Shown here one piece after another: positions 17,496 to 21,742 of a DNA stretch of 21,742 nucleotides. The stretch is from a bacterium (GTDB taxonomy: Bacteria > Zhuqueibacterota > Zhuqueibacteria > Zhuqueibacterales > Zhuqueibacteraceae): contig JBIOXB010000123.1 in the NCBI GenBank assembly GCA_044869275.1, forward strand, positions 1 through 21,742, given 5' to 3'. The position numbers and the translations under genes were made by a program. The notes beneath the pieces are model-generated. The model worked only from the letters and a program-made list of their open reading frames with translations, ran no database searches and had not been told where the DNA came from. Each line of letters begins with the position of its first letter. The stretch's first letter is position 1.

Positions 17496-18209
17496 ATGAA
17501 CAAATCGAGAAGGCATTCAATCCTTTCTTACTTCAACGACGAGTCGCCAGAAGCCAATGAGTTCCGGCGGCTCTATTCGAAGATCAAAAATTTGTACGGC
17601 GCCGAGGATATGAAAAACTTCCTCGTCACCAGCGCGAAAATGAATGAAGGCAAAAGCACGACCGCAGCACTGCTCGCCTGCACCGTTGCGCGCTATCGCA
17701 ACACCAAAACCATCTTGGTGGACTGCGATTTGCGGCGGCCGCGCGTACATCAATTGTTCGGCATGCCGAAGGAAGAAGGCGTGGCCGACGTGCTGGCCGG
17801 CACACGCAAGCTCGATATGTGCTTCAAGCAGACCTCGATCGAGAACCTTCGCCTGCTGACTTCGGGCGGCGTGATCGCCAACCCCACGGAATTGATGAAT
17901 TCCACCCGCCTGCGAGATTTGTTTTCCGAAATAAAATTCTATTTTGACACCGTCATTGTGGATTCACCTCCGGTCATTCCGGTCACCGACGCCTTGATTC
18001 TCAGCCCGGAAATGGACGGCGCTTTGATCGTGCTGAAAGCCGGCGAAACGCACAAAGAAGTCGCGCGCCGCGCCATCGACCTCATGCGAAATGCGGGCTT
18101 GAATATTTTGGGCGTAATTATTAATAATCAGAAAGGCGTTTTGCCGTATTATTACGACCACAAATACTACGGCTATGATTATTACTCCACATCGGAAAAA
18201 GTGAAATAG
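17496..18209 (+). CDS. Stand-alone BY-kinase (CpsD/CapB-type tyrosine autokinase)
   Basis: EFRRL motif, Walker A SAKMNEGKST, A' ILVDCDLRRP, Walker B VIVDSPP, tyrosine cluster YYYDHKYYGYDYY. Confidence 0.93.
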   Translation: MNKSRRHSILSYFNDESPEANEFRRLYSKIKNLYGAEDMKNFLVTSAKMNEGKSTTAALLACTVARYRNTKTILVDCDLRRPRVHQLFGMPKEEGVADVLAGTRKLDMCFKQTSIENLRLLTSGGVIANPTELMNSTRLRDLFSEIKFYFDTVIVDSPPVIPVTDALILSPEMDGALIVLKAGETHKEVARRAIDLMRNAGLNILGVIINNQKGVLPYYYDHKYYGYDYYSTSEKVK

Positions 18210-18218
18210 GAGAGGTGA

Positions 18219-19172
18219 ATGGCTTTGTACTTGGTGACGGGCGGAGCTGGCTTCATCGGTTCCAATCTCGCGCGCACGCTGCTGGCGCGCGGCGAACGCG
18301 TGCGAGTGCTGGACAATTTCGCCACCGGCAAGCGCACGAATCTGGCAGAAATTGAAAATCACATCGAGACGATGGCAGGCGATATTCGCGATCGCGCGCT
18401 GGTGGCGCAGGCCATGGCGGGCGTCGACTACGTTTTGCATCAAGCCGCTTTGGGCTCGGTGCCACGGTCGGTCGTCGATCCGCATACCACGCACGAAGTG
18501 AACGCCACCGGCACGCTGAACCTGCTGTGGGCGGCAAAAGAGGCGGGTGTGAAGCGCTTCGTTATTGCCTCGTCTTCTTCGGTGTATGGCAATACGCCCA
18601 CGCTGCCAAAAGAAGAAAGCATGCTGCCGCAGCCGGTTTCGCCGTATGGCGTTTCCAAGCTGGCGGCAGAGCGTTATGCCCTGTCCTTTCATTCCGTCTA
18701 TGGCCTGCCCACGGTGGCGCTGCGCTATTTCAATGTCTTCGGCCCGCAGCAGGACCCGGACTCGCAATACGCCGCCGTCATTCCGCGCTTTGTTTCGGCG
18801 CTGATGAAGAACCAGGCGCCGGTCATCTATGGCGACGGCGAGCAATCCCGCGATTTTACCTTCGTCGAAAACGTCGTTGCCGCCAACTTGCTCGCGTGCA
18901 CCGCGCCGGATGCGGTGGGGCAATATATGAACGTTGCTTGCGGCGAACGTTACAGTTTGAATCTTTTGGCGAAGTATCTCGCCGAAATCATGGGTAAAGA
19001 CCTCTCCCCGGTTTATGAAAATGAGCGCACCGGCGACGTCAAACATTCGATGGCCGACATTGCGCGCGCGACCCGGGTGCTTTCATTTGCTGCTCGCGTC
19101 AAATTTCATGAAGGCTTGCAACGCACCGTTGCCTGGTATGCCAAAGCGCAATCTCCAACGCGTTTGATTTGA
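18219..19172 (+). CDS. NAD-dependent epimerase/dehydratase (WbpP-like UDP-GlcNAc 4-epimerase)
   Basis: TGGAGFIGS, HQAALGSVPRS, ASSSSVYG, SPYGVSK, LRYFNVFGP, YAAVIP, GDGEQSRDFT; SD GGAGAGGT. Confidence 0.93.
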   Translation: MALYLVTGGAGFIGSNLARTLLARGERVRVLDNFATGKRTNLAEIENHIETMAGDIRDRALVAQAMAGVDYVLHQAALGSVPRSVVDPHTTHEVNATGTLNLLWAAKEAGVKRFVIASSSSVYGNTPTLPKEESMLPQPVSPYGVSKLAAERYALSFHSVYGLPTVALRYFNVFGPQQDPDSQYAAVIPRFVSALMKNQAPVIYGDGEQSRDFTFVENVVAANLLACTAPDAVGQYMNVACGERYSLNLLAKYLAEIMGKDLSPVYENERTGDVKHSMADIARATRVLSFAARVKFHEGLQRTVAWYAKAQSPTRLI

Positions 19173-19210
19173 CATTCCTCGCCTCGCTGCTGGCATTTTC
19201 CGCAAAAGCA

Positions 19211-19234
19211 CGCCCCGGGCTTCGGTCCGGGGCG
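19211..19234 (+). other. GC-rich hairpin with C(UUCG)G tetraloop
   Basis: CGCCCCGGGC-TTCG-GTCCGGGGCG, a 10-bp stem with one G.U. No clear U-tract on the + strand. Confidence 0.6.
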
Positions 19235-19605
19235 CAGTATTCTGCCGTTCCGCCCGCCTTGTTCTTCAGCACTACATATTTTATTAAAGAAATGGTCACA
19301 TTGCCGCAATCGACAGGCACTGAGGGTAAATTTCAGGTTAATTACCCATGCTGTAGACTTTAAGCACTGGCATTGCTGCGCGGCACGGAAGCCGCCGGCC
19401 AGTGAGCATCACATGAAACGATGCAGGCTGGACCAAACCGGGCGGTTCTGTTTCTTTGCGCACATTTTTTGTTTGGCAAGCCGCACACACCGCACAGCTT
19501 TCATGTTCATGAGAAAAGAGTTGATGCCAAGGATGGACGAGAAACCGGCACGAGCCTCGTGTCACAACTTCGGGCGAATGCCCGCAGGACGGGAATTCTA
19601 TCCGC

Positions 19606-20526
19606 ATGGCAGCAACAGGCATCAAAAATGCGATGACGGTAGACGTGGAAGATTGGTTTCACGTCTCGTTGTTTCGGCACAAAATCCGGCGCGACGATTG
19701 GGAGCAGATGCAGCCCACAGTGGTCGAAAACACCTGCCGCGTGCTGAGTCTGTTCGCGCGCAAGAATGTGAGAGCCACTTTTTTCGTTTTGGGCTGGGTC
19801 GCGGAACGATATCCGGAAATCGTCGCCGCGATCAAAGACTCCGGCCACGAGATTGCGAGCCACGGCTATGGTCACCAGATCGTTTACGAATTGTCGCGCG
19901 AAGAGTTTTATAGCGACATTGAGAAATCCCTCAAAATTCTGCAGGATCTCACCGGTGATCCGGTGCTCGCCTATCGCGCGCCCAGCTATTCCATCACCAA
20001 ATCATCCATGTGGGCTTGGGAAACGCTGGCGCAACTCGGCATCAAGTATGATTCGAGCATTTTTCCGGTCAAACACGATCTCTACGGCATCCCCGACGCA
20101 CCGCGCTTTCCTTTCGAAATTCGCCTGGCGCACGGCCCGGCGCTGGTGGAATTTCCGCTCTCCACCGTCGTGCTGATGGGGAAAAACGTGCCGATGGCCG
20201 GCGGCGGCTATTTGCGCCTGTATCCTTACTGGTTCATTCGCAACAGCGTGCGCCGCATCAATGCCGAAGGCAAGCCCGCCATTCTTTATTTCCACCCCTG
20301 GGAAGTCGATCCGGATCTGCCGCGTATTCCGCTGGGCCGCTTCAAGAGGCTGCGGCATTATGGCAACATCTGTTTGACCGAAGAGCGGCTGCAACGTTTG
20401 CTGGACGAATTCGCCTTCGGTACACTCAGTGAAGTTCTGGAAGGGACTTCCATTCAAAAAGACTGGCCGCGCACGGACGCAGACGGGCCTTCTCCCTTCA
20501 CCAATGGTAAAATGCATTTCTCTTGA
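19606..20526 (+). CDS. Polysaccharide deacetylase, PEP-CTERM/XrtA-locus subfamily (with DUF3473)
   Basis: NAMTVDVEDWFH, ATFFVLGWVAERYP, HEIASHGYGH, YRAPSYSI, YDSSIFP, GGGYLRLYPY, YFHPWEVDP. Confidence 0.93.
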   Translation: MAATGIKNAMTVDVEDWFHVSLFRHKIRRDDWEQMQPTVVENTCRVLSLFARKNVRATFFVLGWVAERYPEIVAAIKDSGHEIASHGYGHQIVYELSREEFYSDIEKSLKILQDLTGDPVLAYRAPSYSITKSSMWAWETLAQLGIKYDSSIFPVKHDLYGIPDAPRFPFEIRLAHGPALVEFPLSTVVLMGKNVPMAGGGYLRLYPYWFIRNSVRRINAEGKPAILYFHPWEVDPDLPRIPLGRFKRLRHYGNICLTEERLQRLLDEFAFGTLSEVLEGTSIQKDWPRTDADGPSPFTNGKMHFS

Positions 20527-20530
20527 TGGC

Positions 20531-21556
20531 ATGATCGTCGAAACGACAACCTCCGGTTTTCAAGCATGGGATGAGTTCGCCAACCGCCATGCGGGAGCGC
20601 GCGCGCCGCATCTGAGCGGCTGGAAGGCGGTCATTGAAAAAAGCTTTGGCCACCCCTGCTATTATCTCGCGGCGCGCGACCACGACCGGTTGTGCGGCAT
20701 TTTGCCACTCACGCACTTGCGCAGCAAATTGTTCGGCTCGTTTTTGATCTCGATGCCGTATTTGAACTACGGCGGCATCGTCGCGGAGGACGAGGCGGCG
20801 CGGCAAGCACTTCTTGATCATGCCTGCAAGCTGGGAAAACAACGTGGAGCGGCGCACGTCGAGCTGCGCCACGTCGCAGCTCAGGTGGCGAATCTTCCCA
20901 CCAAACAACACAAAGTGAGCATGCTGCTCGATTTGCCGGGCCAGCCGGAAGAATTGTGGGATCAGTTCAAAGCCAAATTGCGCAGCCAAATCCGCAAGCC
21001 GCAAAAGGAAAACCTCACGGTCCGCTTTGGCCGTGAAGACGAGCTGGAAAACTTCTATCGCGTGTTTGCGATCAACATGCGTGATCTGGGTACGCCGGTC
21101 TATTCCAGAAATTTTTTCGCCAATATTTTGGCGGCCTTTCCCCAGCAGGCGCATATTTGCACCATTTACCGCCAGCACGAGCCGCTCGCTTCCGGTTTCT
21201 TGTTCGGCTTTCGCGAGGTGCTGGAGATTCCGTGGGCCTCCTCCTTGCGTGAATACAATGCGCTCGCGCCGAACATGCTATTGTATTGGTCGGTGTTGGA
21301 ATTCGCCATTCGGCAAGGCTATCGCCAGTTCGATTTTGGCCGTTGCACGCTGAACGAAGGCACATATAAATTTAAGGAACAATGGGGAGCAAAGCCCCTG
21401 GCCCTGCATTGGCAATACTGGCTTCCCAATGGCGGCGCGCTTCCCGAGATCAGCCCGCATAATCCGAAATACCAGTTCATGATCCGAACGTGGCAGAGAT
21501 TGCCGGTGGGTTTGACGCGCCTGCTCGGTCCCGCGATTGTGAAGAATATCCCGTAG
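20531..21556 (+). CDS. FemAB-like (GNAT-fold) protein, PEP-CTERM/XrtA-locus subfamily
   Basis: GILPL..SKLFGSFLISMPYLNYGG, KLRSQIRK, NMRDLGTPVY, APNMLLYW, FDFGR, FKEQWGA, NPKY; starts 4 nt after the deacetylase stop. Confidence 0.92.
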   Translation: MIVETTTSGFQAWDEFANRHAGARAPHLSGWKAVIEKSFGHPCYYLAARDHDRLCGILPLTHLRSKLFGSFLISMPYLNYGGIVAEDEAARQALLDHACKLGKQRGAAHVELRHVAAQVANLPTKQHKVSMLLDLPGQPEELWDQFKAKLRSQIRKPQKENLTVRFGREDELENFYRVFAINMRDLGTPVYSRNFFANILAAFPQQAHICTIYRQHEPLASGFLFGFREVLEIPWASSLREYNALAPNMLLYWSVLEFAIRQGYRQFDFGRCTLNEGTYKFKEQWGAKPLALHWQYWLPNGGALPEISPHNPKYQFMIRTWQRLPVGLTRLLGPAIVKNIP

Positions 21557-21742
21557 AACTCAGGACTGGATTTTGTACACGTTACACTGTCTCGTCCTGA
21601 AATTAGTTGACACTTTCTTAGCTGGACTTTATCCAAAATGTTCTTTGTCAAGCCGCGTAACAAAGCGTATCGGCGATGCGCTGGAGCAGAACTTCCGATA
21701 CTTTTTGCACGTCCATCTGCGGCAACGACAATTGAAAACCCG

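Noticed and set aside
17964..19046. 360-aa antisense ORF
   Set aside because: Typical shadow ORF opposite an NAD-dependent epimerase in GC-rich DNA; no independent motifs.
19413..19913. 166-aa plus-strand ORF in the spacer
   Set aside because: Overlaps the deacetylase out of frame, has Arg/Cys-rich non-protein-like composition and lacks an SD.
21607..21651. Inverted TTGACA...TGTCAA pair after femAB
   Set aside because: Neither hexamer has a convincing -10 at 16-18 bp, and the downstream context lies outside the window.

Overview
A GC-rich bacterial chromosomal window. Gene content and domain architectures suggest a diderm FCB-group organism such as candidate division KSB1, but this is inference only. 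The left third holds accessory and housekeeping genes. On the minus strand are a secreted peptidase-S74 (intramolecular chaperone) protein truncated by the window edge and absent from the ORF track, a GNAT acetyltransferase, a DinB-like protein and a class II DAHP synthase with a perfect sigma70 promoter. On the plus strand are a rhodanese sulfurtransferase, a heptamer tandem array, two tandem ~119-bp MITE-like elements carrying an internal REP-like palindrome, and a geranylgeranyl-reductase-family flavoprotein. From ~6.2 kb to the end is a co-oriented Wzx/Wzy-type exopolysaccharide locus: priming sugar transferase, Wza-like exporter, Wzc-like co-polymerase, stand-alone BY-kinase, 4-epimerase, and a PEP-CTERM-type polysaccharide deacetylase plus FemAB-like protein. 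The locus is interleaved with non-canonical genes: a Fis-HTH regulator lacking an AAA+ domain, a PEGA/DUF5683-like protein, an FN3-repeat lipoprotein, a hairpin-gated small ORF coupled to wzc, a STAS-disordered linker-HTH fusion and a TPR protein. This interleaved regulatory/surface module is the best candidate for an undescribed system. All calls come from manual motif reading; no database searches were run.
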